A stretch of 64,000 nucleotides of DNA from Eledone cirrhosa (Eukaryota), in the NCBI GenBank assembly GCA_964016885.1, contig OZ024746.1:65968001-66032000 (forward strand), in the 5' to 3' direction. The notes beneath the pieces were generated by a model. That model made no database searches. It was not told the DNA's origin and worked only from the letters and a program-made list of their open reading frames with translations. A program made the position numbers and the translations under genes. Within the stretch, counting starts at the first letter, position 1, and each line of letters opens with the position of its first letter. Positions 27,317-41,435 of the stretch are shown one piece after another.

Positions 27317-29359
27317 AATATATATATATATATATACGTTATCAATTTTGATTCAAGTTACGGCTTACACTATAGTTTAAACTTTTATATTAAACTATTT
27401 CGATGGGAATTAATGCAATTTATCTATTGTAAATGAAGAAACAGAATTCGAAATGTGCAACTTACTGTTTAATGCAAGGAACTTTAATGATATTTATGTC
27501 TAGGTTTCACTATTTATAGCAGGGGTATAATTTGACACTGATGAATGCATTTAATCAAATACTTCGGAAAAGTTAGGAGTCGCGAAAATCACCTATAAAT
27601 CAACGTATTCACTTAATGTACATTTATATCCTAAAACAATTCATTCATCGTTTAAAATACCGTTTATACCGTTTCAGTTATAATGTTATTGTATCGAAGA
27701 CTTGTTTTTCATATTGTGATACTACTTGATCAAGATATCATTCTTTCTTTTAATCTACGGTGTAACTTAGCAAGTAATTCTTTATTGTCTATTATATGAT
27801 AAAACCGCATAAGACATATACAGGCTTTATAGGTTTCTGAGATCAAAACATTTAATCTGTCATTTCTCTGTTAATTTTTGTCTTATTTCCTCGCCTTAAA
27901 TATCACATACATCCGTATATCTATTTATCTGCATTTAAATGTGCCTTTCGACGGGATCATGTGATTAGTGGGAAGAAAGTCTCTGTATTACACATAATAG
28001 TCAATTGTATATTTTCAAATGGAAAACATTTTAACTACATTTCATTTCAGTCTCTTTGTCAGTAAGTGTGCTGTAGATAAGCGTACGTGTAGATTAAACA
28101 TAGACAGTGTATTATATTTACAATGTATCATGTTCTAACGCTCATAATTTCGAACATACTCACACAATCATTGTAAATTTATAAAATACTTAATATATTA
28201 TGGTAGACATCTCATGCACATTTCAGTTAAATACACATGCTGATATTTTCCATGTGTTTCCGGAGAACAAACTTAATGTACCAAAACCCGAACATTTATG
28301 AAAGAACGGTGTATAGCAAATAGCACTGAAATAAATTATATTTAGAAACGATTGAAATTTAATCCAAAGATAAATATTGTGGTAGAAATGGTCAGAGGTT
28401 AAGGTTGATTGTACATCTAATTCATGAAACCCTAAGTTTGTGTATATTACTAGTGTTCCTCTATATCTTGGAGCAATCCAGCAATCTAATTCTGGATCTA
28501 ACACAACTATATATTCAACACTGAAATATGTCACGATTTCACGCCATGTATTAGTGATAATTGACATTAAGAATGCATCTTGTTATTTCGTATTTATGAA
28601 GATATTAATAACATTCCCAAGGCAATTGGAAAGACAACCATTAATTGGCGAACAACGGAGCTATTCATTTTACTTAATACAGATTAATTGTTTTGACAAC
28701 TAAACAAAAAAATTCAGTTTGTTATCATCTAACATATTGCTGCAACGGCAGCCTTTTCTATAGCTACCTAATTAACATATTCCATAAAGAGAATGAAAAC
28801 AATATTATTTCTTTCAGCACACACAATCTAAATATCTTCATTCTATTGCAGCTGCAAACATATTTTAATTGAATACTTCGAGATACGCGCTCAACGTTTA
28901 ATTGGATTTGAAGAAGATATACTGAAATAACCATTAAAATACACTATCATACTCCATTTTCGCGATGTTTTAGTATGAGGTATTCTTCCTCGATTGAAGC
29001 ATATCTTATACAGTGATGGTGCCTCATTGTGCTGATTTTTACGAGAAGAAATATAAAAATGAAAAACAGTTAATTTCACATATATCTATCAACATAACAC
29101 ATGTAACGAATAAATCTTCATATCAATGTTGATTATACACCAATGAGAAAAAGTATAAACATTCAAACTTTTACAACATATCACACATTCAAATCTAAGT
29201 ACGTATTCACATATGAATTAAATGAAATGTAAACTTGATGTAGTATATTTGACTGATGTCGCATATCAAATACCCGGTCATAAACACATGCTCATAGAGT
29301 CACACACGTAACATGTACATGTTTACATTCAGATAAATATATATGTATGTATGCATGCA

Positions 29360-29414
<55 letters not shown>

Positions 29415-29419
<5 letters not shown>

Positions 29420-29636
29420 ATAAACGGGAATCAGTGATGCATCAAAACACAATTTATTAACATATTACATATGTTTCTCCGACGATCAGCTCAAGGCAGG
29501 ATTTGTTACAGATCGAACCTGACTCTGCATTCGCAAGTTCCTCAGATAGGTATTGCGCTTTCAAATCATTTCATCCGATTCAGTGTAAAACTTATCTGAG
29601 GAACTTGCAAATGCAAAGTCAGGTTAGATCTGTATA
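29415..29636 (-). mobile_element. Fold-back mini-element with long-stem-II hammerhead
   Basis: Inverted arms at 29507-29548 and 29593-29634. Homologous to 33065-33210. Confidence 0.7.
29463..29548 (-). ncRNA. Hammerhead-like motif with ~60-nt domain II
   Basis: Minus strand: TAT-CTGAGGA-ACTTGCGA...TCGTCGGA-GAAA-CATATG-TA-ATA. Core and palindromic loop III are intact, but the stems are weak. Confidence 0.55.
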
Positions 29637-29694
29637 CACACTGACACATACACACACACATACACGCATACGCATACACACACACACGCACACC

Positions 29695-29741
<47 letters not shown>

Positions 29742-29825
29742 ATAATAATAAATTTGAAGACTAAAATCGAAGGAGGGATCGGTAAGGATAAATATAAATC
29801 AAATATATAAAAACCCTAGAGCAAA

Positions 29826-30565
29826 TATTTATTAAAATAACAGATTAAATTTTAAGCAAAGAATCGCTGCTTTGACCCTTAACGGGAACTTCTGAAACTA
29901 AAAAAAATCAATCTGTGAACGCAGAAGTAAATATTTCGAAAAACTTTGCAAACGAAGGAAAACAGGAAAACGATACTTTGGTTCATGGAGACGTTCCCTG
30001 ACAATGAACGGAAATAAGCGAAGATAATACGTCATTATTTGGAGCGTGGGGAACGACAAAACCACGCAAAGACAAAACCACTATTTAGAGGTTCGATTTT
30101 TTCCCGTTCATTGCCAGGGAAAGTCTTCACGAAACACCTAAATAGATTATTAGTCTACGACTTCATTTATACTATAAAAGTGGTTTTGTCTTTGCGTGTA
30201 ATTGTTCCCAACGCGCCAAATAATGACGTATTATCTTCGCTTTGTTCCGTTCTTTGCCAGGGAACCCCCCCCCCCCCTCCACGAACCAAAATATCGTCTT
30301 CCTGATTTCCTTCGGTTGAAACGTTTTTCGAAATATTTACTTCTGCGTTCACAGATTGATTTTGTTAGTTTCAGAAGATCCCGTTAAGGATGAAAGCAGC
30401 GATTATTTGCTTAAACTTTAATCTGTTATTTTAATAAATATATATAGTATTTTAATAAATAGATAAATATATATTGAGTATATGTTGGTTGTTTACCGAG
30501 ACCTCAGTATGCAGATTGGAGCACTCGACGAAGTACGCAGGTTGGTTTGTTTACTCCGGAGTAAA
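29826..30565 (+). mobile_element. Fold-back element with ~260-bp inverted arms plus tail
   Basis: 29826-30081 is inverted at 30179-30440. The tail 30475-30565 recurs inverted at 63878-63958. Confidence 0.8.
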
Positions 30566-30913
30566 TATATATATATATATATAGTGAAAGAGTGAAGAAT
30601 AACATCGTCAACAGTGCAAAAAGGGTTTTATATACAGTATTAACAATTGTTTCATTGATTAAGTTGTCTAAAATTTGCTAATCACTTGAAGTTGTGCCAC
30701 TCAATTTTAAATACAATGTATGCTTAATCAAATCATCGGAAAAATATGACAACATGCTGTTTAACAGCAAAATAGAACGGTCAATTTTCTGTAGGCATAA
30801 AGCAGCTACTAAATTCGCTAATTTCAAACCAACTTGATTCAACCCAACAATTCCATAATTCAAACTGTACCACCTGAGTCTATTGTAATAACCCATTATT
30901 ATTAACTGTCAAA

Positions 30914-31107
30914 GGCGGTGGATTGGCAGTATCGGTAGAGGGTCGGATGCCATGCTTTCCAGCATAGTTACTTACGTCCCTTAACCATCTGAGTTCAAAA
31001 CCCGCCGAGGTTGACTTTGCTTTTCATCTTTACAGGGTCGATAAAATAAAGTACCAGTAATACACTGAGTTATTGCTGGCCTTGTGCCAAAAGTAGAAAC
31101 AATTATT
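30914..31107 (+). mobile_element. SINE family A, full length
   Basis: GGCGGTGGATTGGCAGTATCGG start, GAGTTCAAAAC B-box, flanking TTAACTGTCAA repeat. Confidence 0.92.
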
Positions 31108-31347
31108 AAGTAGAAAGAATTGTTAACTGTCAATAATTCAACTAATCACTGAATCAAGGTAAAAAACACCTAACTTTTCTTTCTTTCTCTCTGTTTCCCT
31201 AAATCTATTTCACCTCTTCCATTATATCCTATCGTGTTCTATTGACTTCTAACATAACTTCCAATTTATTAATTTATTATTTTAACCAATACATATATGT
31301 ATATATTCAGTATTTTCATGTTTATAACATCACATCTTTATATTTTA

Positions 31348-33210
31348 ACCAGCTCAAGGCACGACCAGCTCGAGGCACGATCGATGTGATTATCAAATCT
31401 GACTCTGAAAATCGCTAGGTCCTCAGATCCGTCTTGATTCTACAAAGAAGATTTTCCTATGTCCTTTTACGTCGATATACTTCGCTTGTCGGCTTAATTC
31501 CTGTTGTTGTCATTCTATGTTGTATTCTCATGGTTGTCCACTACTTGGTTCTTTTCATTCTCCACCTGTCAATCAAATGTGTTTCTTAGGTCGGAATTAC
31601 TACTGTAGTAGGTAAGGGGTTGCATGCTTGTACTGATGGCGGCACTTCGACGTCTTCAGTATCTTTAGGCGCCCACTTCTACACCGATGTTTTACTATCT
31701 CCATAGCCTCTGACAGGCATAGCTTGCACTTCATCTCCCCGGCCGAGTACGCATTTTGTTATTGCACATCCACAATATATATAACTTGTTTGTGTACGCA
31801 CGCAATATCTCCATCTGTCCACCAGCCATGAGAGCTGCATCGTGTGCAGGCTCTTACCCAGTTCCATAGATCAGCAGTCCCCATTTATATAACCATATGC
31901 ACCATAGCCCTCAAGTATTTTATGGGATTTTACGCACACCCCAATAATGTCCGGTCCCCCTCTGCATCCTTGTCATGTATACATTCCTTTTTTCAAGCAT
32001 TTTATTTTATTTTATTTTTATTTTATATTATATTATTTTATATTATTTTATTTTATGTATATTAAGGTATTTTTTAATATATATTTATGTGCCACCCAAA
32101 TTTGTATGCGATTAGCGCAAGGAGAATATGCGGCTATAACATTTATGCATATTGTGCATGTACTTTCGGGCTTATATCGCCACATGATCGGGCTGGGTCC
32201 AAGCCTCAAGAAGGCTGTCCCATATAATACTATGTGCACCATGTGCACAGCTGCGCGTGTGTGTACGGATGGGAGGGTATTCATCAAGTATGCGCACTCG
32301 ATTTGAACGTGCGCGGGCGCATGTATGTATGTGCATCCACGCAGATTTCCATGCGCACGCGTATGTACATGTCTGGTTGGATGTAATTGTATGAACATGC
32401 CTATGTGAGGGTATGAATGCCTATGTGTAGATGTTTCTTTTTCTTCATCTATATATATAGTTGCAGCGTCTCAAATGTACACGCTTCCCTGAGTACAGTT
32501 TGTGAGTGTAGATATGTGTATATTTATCAAAAATGCCTTCGAAATAACTTTTTTTGAAAGGCTGTTCCAAGCATTCATTTAAAAACGTTTCTTGTACAGA
32601 GTTTTTTTCTTTTTCCTTTTGAAATATGTATCTTTTAAGGTATTCTGAGGCTGTGTTCTTGAAACATTATGATAAATATTTTTCTAATATTTTTCTAATT
32701 TGATTTAAAAATTCCCTCCAAACATTATTTACGGTGATCGTCACATACAATACAGTTGATGGTGTGTACGCCATCGGTGTAGAAGTGGGCGCCTAAAGAT
32801 AGTGAAGACGTCGAAGTGCCGCCAACAGTTCAAGCATACAACAACCCCTTACCTACTACAGTAGTAATTCCGACCTAAGAAACAATTTCGATTGACAGGT
32901 GGAGAATGAAAAGAACCAAATAGTGGACAAAGATGAGTGGCTAGAAATACCGATGACGTGTACAATTCTCGACCACTCATAGAATGACAACAACAGGATA
33001 TTAGCCGACAAGCGAAGTATATCGACGTAAAAGGACATAGGGAAATCTGCTTCGTAGAAACAAAACGTATCCGAGGACCTTGCGATTTCCAGAGTCAGGT
33101 TCGATCATCACATCGATCGTGCCTCGAACTGGTCGCCAGACAAACGATTGTAATATGTCAAACAAATCCCATTCGTCGCAACACTGATTCTCTTTTTTTC
33201 TCTGATCTAT
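31348..33210 (+). mobile_element. ~1.9-kb fold-back element, ~340-bp inverted arms, decayed hammerhead at 33068-33155
   Basis: 31350-31689 is inverted at 32772-33135. The right arm reads TAT-CCGAGGA...CAAA-CGATTG-TA-ATA, and the left arm keeps CTGAGGA. Confidence 0.75.
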
Positions 33211-33217
33211 ACACACT

Positions 33218-33255
<38 letters not shown>

Positions 33256-33339
33256 GGAACGATCGACTTTCGTCAACTCGGACCGAGGGAACAATGTTTC
33301 CGTTGGTCTTTCCAATTGCTAATACTATCTATCGGTCGC

Positions 33340-33473
33340 AACTCCAGGTAGAAGGAGCAACGTGAAATAAAGTGTCTTGCTCAAGGACATAACGCATCGC
33401 CTGGTCCAGGAATCGAACTCACAACCTTACGATTGCGAATCCAATTCTTTCTCTAACCACTCAGCCACACGGC

Positions 33474-33474
<1 letters not shown>
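33340..33474 (-). mobile_element. tRNA-derived SINE family B (5' part)
   Basis: Minus strand: GTGTGGCTGAGTGGTTAG (A box), GAGTTCGATTCC (B box), GTCCTTGAGCAAGACACTT. Confidence 0.85.
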
Positions 33475-33563
<89 letters not shown>

Positions 33564-33619
33564 CATACATACAGACATACATATATATATATATATATAT
33601 ATTCATTTATGGACAAGGA

Positions 33620-34190
33620 ATACTACCGGCTAATTATATATATATAATTATATTTAAGGATTATCATGTGGCCAGTATTGCCAATATAAAAAGAAACACA
33701 CGCACCACATGTTTTCATCTGATATTTATTGTGTTATTGGTTAATATGTCAAAGGTCTTTCATCGCGTATTCTGTGACTTGTTCATCGATTATCTCCTCT
33801 CTTTTGTCCTTCCTCATCTTTCTATCTTTAATATGTTCTAATCCGTATCATCTTTTTTTTTGTTGTTGCGTTTTTCGAGAATCCTATATGCGTATTCGTT
33901 TGCTCCTGCTTCTTGTGTGTGTTTCTTTTTGTTTGTCATATCTATGCGTAGGCACATATCACACGTAATGTAGTACATAACAAAGACAAGAAACAGTAAC
34001 AAACTAAAACTAGAAAGAAGAGGAGACACTAAAAGAAAAGATAGTCGTTGAAGAAGGTACAGCATATGTGATGAAAGAACTTTGACAAACTAACAAATAA
34101 TTACTAAAGATAAGTGAACATCATATGATGCGTATATTCCTTTTTATTGGGAACACTGGCAGGATGGCAAAGACCAATTGTAATTATATA
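33620..34190. mobile_element. Old inverted pair of PLE 3' ends related to the 2743-3505 family
   Basis: Decayed hammerheads at 33748-33790 (-) and 34044-34086 (+), ending GAAA-GACC-TT-TGAC and GAAA-GAAC-TT-TGAC respectively. Each is followed by a TGCGT...TATTGG tail. Confidence 0.55.
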
Positions 34191-36201
34191 TATATATATA
34201 AGTGTGTGTCTGGAGGTATGGGGGGTGGGAGCTAGGGGTATGTGTGGGTGTATGTGTGTGTGGGCGTGTGTGTGTGAGAGAGAGAGAGACACGTGTTATC
34301 TCTTCTCCCCCAATTAATTTCAATGTAAAACAAGGCAACATCCGGGGTTAGAAAATGGGAATATATCATGAAAGCATTGGCAGTTGGTTCATGTGAAGAC
34401 AAGGTTCCTAGTTGGCTAGTAGAGAAATATCTGGTTGTTTAGTCAGAAGAAATAACGCTACAGGTCACGGGTCTCATGTAACAATTTCTCAGCGAATCAA
34501 TCATTTTATGAAAATATATTACGAATTGACAACTAACTCCCACAATTTAGCTTGCTATATCCTATCATACAGCATAGAATATATTTCTATAGCCACCTAA
34601 TTCTCAAACTTAGTAACAAAAATATTCTATTCATCACAAACTATTTAAACATATTCTTTGTATTGAAGCTAAAAGTTTATTTTCATTGAATATTTTGAGT
34701 TATATTCGCAGAGTTTAATAGGATTTGCAGAAATATATTTAGTTAACCATTCATATTCGTTATGGAACGTTATTGTTATGTTGAGCGTATCTTATGTGTT
34801 ATGCTTCTCAAATGAATCGTATCATATATGATATCTATCTCTCAATATACTCAGTCTTAATATTAAAAGTACAGCAACTGAAAAACCCATTATCATATAT
34901 ATTTAGCAGCCATACGAATGTAACTTAAATACGTTTATAACAACTGGCTATAACTCTCCTGGTTATTTAGAGCATTGAAATGCAATAAATTAGATGAGAC
35001 ATGAAACATCGGTATTTAACGTGGGGTCTCATAGATTTCTGCTTTGTAAAAGATTTCCATCGCGTGCGTGAGTAAACAGAAATCACAGTTTGAGTGCGCT
35101 TTAAGTCAAACCAGCTCTCGTCGAAACAATGTTAAAGGTTGATTTCATGTTTGAATGTGAATTGTTGAGCAATGAATAGTTAATTTTGAATCTTAGAAGT
35201 AAGGAAGTCATGGGTAGATGAGGGTGTAGATCAATGTATAAATATAAGGCAATGTACATAATTATCATCTAATGGGTATTGATGATTTCTGTCTCACATA
35301 CAATATCCATTTCTTGCATACTTATAAGTTCACGAAATCAAAGATATGTTTATATATGTGAATAAGTTCTTGTCTCTCTTGAAAATAATTATATTGATAT
35401 AGGCTCAAAAACATATTTAAATATTTCCAGAAAAATTACTATTAATTATTTTATTTGAATGCATTCCAGGCAAATATCAATGGATTCGACGTAAATTTTA
35501 AAAGAATGTCAAGAAAAGCTGAAACATGTCACGCTCATCCGAAAGTATTATTTAAAAGTATTAATTACAGTATATCGTAAGACCGGAATATACGATTATC
35601 ATGTTGATTAAATAGTGAAATAGGATAGTTCATCGGAGTATTTAACACTGAACCTTATTATAATGCCATATAACTTTCAAAAATATCCAAATGATAATTT
35701 AATATTATGAACGCAATTGTTTCTAAGTTAAGTAATATATAAGGCAAATTAATCTCCATTCAAGACAGCAGGGAGTTTATTCTACGATTTTAATACAATG
35801 CAATGAAATTCAATAATCATTAATTTTGAAGTCTACGTTGATCATATTTAATTGAAATGAATTATTCTTCAGTATAATTATATTTAGTATCATCGATTAT
35901 TATTGAAAGAAAACAAACACAATCTGTATTTGTATTTTTCCTTATAGATTGTTATTAGTATTAACCTAGAGTTTATTGTTACTATAACAAAAAACAAAAT
36001 CAGAAATCATCGTTAATTAACATTCGGAGAAACAAACTTCGTATTCGATCAAGTATACTTGTAATTTCGAAATATATGTATGTCTTAATCATTCTATTCA
36101 TATGATTGTTTAAATAAAATATTTTGCGTTTCAATAATTAAATCAGTGCGTTGCAACATTAGTTCACGGTATATGAATATTATGCACATACATAAAATAA
36201 A

Positions 36202-36446
36202 GTATCAGTAATGCACTGGTTAATTGCTGGCCTTGTGCCTAAAGTAGAAACAATTATTAGGATTGGCAGTATCGGTAGAGGGTCAGACGCCATGCTCTGC
36301 AGCATAGAGTTACGGTCATTGCCAGTCTGAGTTCAAATCCCGCCGAGGTTAACTTTGCCATTCATCCTTTCGGGGTCGATAAAATAAAGTACCAGTAAAA
36401 CACTGGGTAATTGCTGGCCTTGTGCCAAATGTAGAAACAATTATTA
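36202..36446 (+). mobile_element. SINE family A: 3' fragment (36202-36258) followed by near-full copy (36260-36446)
   Basis: Tandem arrangement, colinear with the other copies. Confidence 0.9.
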
Positions 36447-37963
36447 ATGTATTTTTAAATATATGACACAATTTCGGAATATACTTAAATATGTATATGT
36501 ATCATAGAAGTAGGTGATTAATACATATGTGACAGGTTAACAGTTGACACAGTTATGTCAGTGGCAATCATAGCATATGGTATAAGATCGGCACTTTCAA
36601 GAAATTGAAACTTATGCATCAGGAAAAAAAAAAATTTTTTTAAACATCTATTATTCAATCACGTAAATCAAAACTTTATCAGCTAACAATGAAGACAATC
36701 TATTTTGAGACATGCATAATTTGTCCTCCCGATGCCACCGACGGAAATAATAATAATGCAAACTACAGTAGTAATATCACTTCACATTTTCCTTGTCCTC
36801 CCGTATTTCTCTCTCTCTCTCTCTCTCTCATATATATTTATATATATATATAGAGAGAGAGTGAGAAACAGAGTGAGAGGGAAAGAGGTTTATGATAGCA
36901 TGTGCACTTAGCATTCAGTATATTATTTCCTCTATCTCATTCGTAAATTAGTGTTTTTACAAGAATATATATACAACAGGTTGAGGCAACATTATAGAAG
37001 CGTCTAGATATAAAGAATCAAAATGCTGTTTAAGAAGACGTATGTTAAATGACGTGTCTGGCGTTGGACATGCTCGACATTTAGTCTCCTTGTACCCAGA
37101 TTAGGTTACATTACCCAATAAGGCTTCGCGATTTTATGGCTTAAAGGGATATGAAGGAGGCTTGCATATATCTCACAACAGCGATCAATCGCATGCTCAT
37201 TCACCTTCACCGATCTTCAGTATGTCGTTATAATTGTCAACCAAGTATAACAACATCGGCAATTACATCTTCTGCAGTTCCGATCCACCGACCTTGAGGA
37301 AACAGACAGCATAAATTGACAACTAGAGGCACTTTACAATATTTTTATTTGAGTTGTAATTTTTTTATCTGAATGTTGGGTCTTAGTTCATTTTGGATTC
37401 TTAAAAACGTGGTAGTATTATGTTTTAAAAATTCCCTCAATGATTGAAAAGAAAAACATAAATATTTAGCATTACGCAAACGAAGATATCTAAGTAGACA
37501 TCTCGTTGCCATGTGAATATAGAAGCAGAATCCACTTCCATTTTTCATTTATTATATGAAATATTTAACTCCACCTACGTAAAATTGTGTGTATAATACA
37601 AGTAGTTAGAATAATGTGTAAAATAATTTAGGCCTGTATTATCAATCTTAGCACGTAGGCTTTTCTATATGCATTTGGCATATTGCTTTACGTTACATTA
37701 ATATACTTATATTGTAGGAAACTGAAAATCAACATCGTATATGTTTTTGCACTTTCAATGTGATATATGATAACTTGGCTTCTAGAAAAGTAAGTTTGTT
37801 GTTTTCTATCGTCATAAATATTGATTAATAATATGATCGTTTGATTCAATGCTTGATGTAAGACGTAAAAGTATTGCTGGTATTAATTTTCAGTCATAAA
37901 GTAGCTTTGATACAATATCAAAGGCGTCACAGTGAAACACCACCGTATTTTGTATATCTAGAA

Positions 37964-38244
37964 CAGAGGTTCTCAAACGTTTTGGGTAAACACCCCATCA
38001 CGGTCACGTAATTACCTCAGTGCCCCCCTATTTCCGGAGAGACCTATCTACATACAAATTGTAAATAATATATAGTAAATCAAATCGTTAATTTATATAT
38101 GATATATAAAATAAAATATACTTTGTATAAATAAATATATATTTTTTTTATTTTCCTATATTTACATATATGTATCATTTGGTATTTAATATACTCTTTC
38201 ATCATCTCTACCTCCACCCCCACCACCCACTTTACGAACCTCTT
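37964..38244. mobile_element. hAT (Charlie-like) MITE
   Basis: TIRs CAGAGGTTCTCAAAC / CTTTACGAACCTCTT. 8-bp TSD ATCTAGAA / ATCTAAAA matches the NTCTAGAN target preference of Charlie-type hATs. Confidence 0.7.
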
Positions 38245-38929
38245 ATCTAAAACTACATGATCCAACGAACATTCATTTTTAGAGATTCAGTGTTAAACAT
38301 ATATGGCTGCTATTTCTAGCACGTACAACAACCGCATAGATACTCAATAGTTAAATAATTGAAGAGATTTCAAAACAACAAATACATTAAATACGCCGGA
38401 AATATTCTACAAAATCTTTGAATATATATTTACTACACAAATTACACACAGCTTATTTACTATGTGCTACAAACACAGACATACAGAGCTTCTGGAAATT
38501 TGATATACATATATTCGCATTTCATATAAAGAGTGAATACATCACCCCTTTTGGACGTCACTACTTATTTACGGTACAATTTGTAATAATATTTTCGATT
38601 TTTCACTTTACGTTTGGGTATTGACATTTGCAGGTGTGTATATGCGTATGGGCTTCTCTATAACTAACAACATTAGACATCCACATTATCTTTTGACAGA
38701 TAGTGGATGAAGTGTTAAGGACTTCCGCTATGAAAACACCATTTTCTACATCCCTTTGTCTTTAGATTGGATTGCCTCGAAAATGTCACCATATAACATA
38801 AGCTGCTGTTTGATGATATCACATGTTTAACCCATCACGTAGCCAAGATCTCATTTTCCCTATTATTTCTCTCTCTCTCTCTCTCTTTCAATATATATAT
38901 ATATATATATATATATAATCCACACTGGT

Positions 38930-39330
38930 GGATTATATCCGCAGTCAGGACGACGATTTCGAAACCCATTCCCTTCGCATGGCTTCCTGCTTCATCCAGC
39001 GTTGATATCCTCCCCACCCTGATACAAGCTGCTCTCACCCGCGCCCGTGAAACAGACCATACCACAGCCCTCTCACCTCACCCGCGCCCTCCCAACACTC
39101 GTGTTCCGTTCCCTCTCACCTACTACCCCATCACCCTACCACACCGGCGACATATCCTCCGTTTCTTCCGTATCATCTCTTCTCCCTCCCCCCCGTCATT
39201 TTCGCTTTTTTCCAAACCCACCCATTACTGCTGTTAAGCGAGCCCGCAACCTCCGCGAACCCCTGTTTCGCAGTTCCTTTTCGTCCTCTCCCACGACACC
39301 ACCCGACTCTCATTCTTGTTCGTGCAACAA
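38930..39330 (+). pseudogene. PLE fragment (RT C-terminus/linker), same family as 4735-5210
   Basis: SQDDDFETHSLRMASCFIQR*YP..LIQAALTRARETD..RVPFPLTYYP..NPPITAVKRARNLR. Confidence 0.85.
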
Positions 39331-40300
39331 ATATCTATGAAATATTGTATTTGGATAGCTTTAAAACATCGCGAATGTTGTTTGCTAATTTCTAGTTAAT
39401 GTGCCTTTCTTTTATTCATCATAGACACTGACGTACACTGCTATTTATGTAAATAAATAAATTTAAAAAAATTAAAATGAAACTGATTTCCACACCGTAA
39501 TATTCACTTAGATTAGACTTATGAATATACTCCGTATATCATTTCATCAATACTTCGTATATATTATGGAATCTTTATCTGTTTACGAAGTTTTGCGAAA
39601 GAAACTGTTTTAAATAATTATCAATAGCCATAAATCTCAGTTTTGTAACTCACGGTCTTAATATTACACACAATATTTTCAAAATATGTAATATATTGAC
39701 ACATAATAAAATAACACAGGAAATGCCTCTCGGCAAAAGGAAATTAAATTTCGTTATGAATGGCTAGATAGGTGCAGATGCTGAGGTCAAAAGCGTATTT
39801 CGTATAAAATAACTGAAAAACAAAATCATTATTATAGAATGTAGTACACGTTACCTTTTATTCAATACTTCTTAAAATATACGAATGTAGAGAATTATTT
39901 TTACCTAAGGTATTTTTTCCCTCTTTTATCTTTCAGATGTAACTTAAAAGATCGATACTTTCATTTTTAGTTTAAATTCATTTAACCATTAATAGATTGT
40001 GAATCATAATTTTTCAGCCCGTTTTAGGAATATATACAGCTCTGAAAATATAACATTTATTTTGTTTCTCTAATGTTTCAAAGTATATCATTAATAAAAC
40101 ACAATTAACAGATTCATTTCATACCAAAAGCCACTTAGTATTAAATATGTATAAAGCCCCTTTAGCGCTACAGTTATATATTTGTTGAAATTTTCATACA
40201 GCCATCGGTGTCCAGCATAGCGCACCTTTACTAAAATCACAGACATATATATATAGAGAATCATTAGAACATCTGACTGATGAAATGAAAAGTCAGTCAA

Positions 40301-41435
40301 TCATATTGGTGGCCTTGCCACAACCTCGGCTGACAGAATGGAGAAGGCGTTTCCCCGGAGGGCGGCAATAGAGACGCGCTGAAAAAGCCATTCCCGCTCG
40401 CGAGGCTCACACATGCGGCTGGCCAGCTCCGCGCCTATGATGGTCCGTAGGGAGGTAGCCCTAGGACCGAGGACACCAGATGTCTCCATTGCCAAGTGTA
40501 CAACCGCAAACCTGTCGGAGAGCGGCTGGTATTTGATGAGTTTGGCCTCCTCAGCCCGAGCAGCAGACTGCACCAGGTTGCGGCTGGAGAAAGTTTCGGT
40601 GCAAGTGGCATCCCAGACGAGGGGTTTTCCACCGCGGAACGGGAAGATGGTCATGCCAACTGGCCCTTTGCCGTCCCCTCGGTCCAGCTCCACCGGCTCG
40701 AGCTGGGAAGGGAAGCCTGCAGCGTCCAATCCATGCTTTATGACTTCGTTGAGGGCAGCATGGCGTGGAAGGCGGCCAGCACGGTGGCGACAGGAAAGCG
40801 GGTGGAGGCCGAAAGAGTCCACCGTGGATCCACAGCGATGTTGGTGTTGCTCGCAGATCCGGAGACCAAGCCTCAAGGAAACGCCGATGCGCAGGCTAGT
40901 GTTATCCTGCTGCGTGTCAGTGGAGAAGGAGGGCAAGACATGGAGCCAGGCACCACCGTGGGTTTGGAGGCCGCACGGAAACAGGCAAAGCGGTGCTGGT
41001 CGAGCTGACTGTCTGAAGCCAGGCTGCACTGGATGGCATCCCAAATGCTTTGGGGGAAACTTGACATCAGCAGGGGGAGAAATAGGAGGGACGTCTACTG
41101 GGATAAGTCCCAGTCGATGCCACGTCTGACAGGCGGCCTCACGTTCCCTGATCACAGAGGTTTCCATTGTGTTTTGGAGAACCCTGCTGACGAGGACGCG
41201 GCATGAGGTTACCGACGAAAGAAACGCCGGCAAAGCCAGTGAGATCGGGGACCGGAGGCCAAGGCCGCCGTACCTGACAGGTAAAGTGGCCTGTTACCAT
41301 CCAATGTCGTCAAAGCTGACGTTGCATATCTCCTCGGCTGTTGCTCGGAGAACAACTATCGAGGTCAGCGAGGAGAGATTCGTGGGTGTCGCACGGAGCG
41401 CTGCGAAGGATATAGAGGAGCTTCGGCATGGCAAA
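40301..41435 (-). mobile_element. 5'-truncated CRE-type non-LTR retrotransposon (RT end, CCHC finger, restriction-like endonuclease)
   Basis: QATLPVRYGGLGLR; GAWL..P; LRLGLRIC..H.CG..D..G.H.LSC....GR..RH; EP..L.R.DGK.P.G; LVWDAT; K..KY; ETSG; LFQRVSIA..RGNA. GC-rich island with a few stops and frameshifts. Confidence 0.88.

Noticed and set aside
27533-27582. CTGATGA...GGAAAAG hammerhead-like stretch
   Set aside because: The stems are mismatched and there is no clean cleavage triplet.
30914-31000. tRNA gene
   Set aside because: The A/B boxes belong to a SINE head. There is no cloverleaf, and the SINE body follows.
40273-40300. CTGATGA-AAT-GAAA as a hammerhead
   Set aside because: No stem II and no compatible stem I. 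It is better read as a simple GACTGA/TCAGTC hairpin in the CRE 3' UTR.
40413-41129. Plus-strand ORFs of 238 and 170 aa
   Set aside because: Antisense shadows of the GC-rich CRE ORF.
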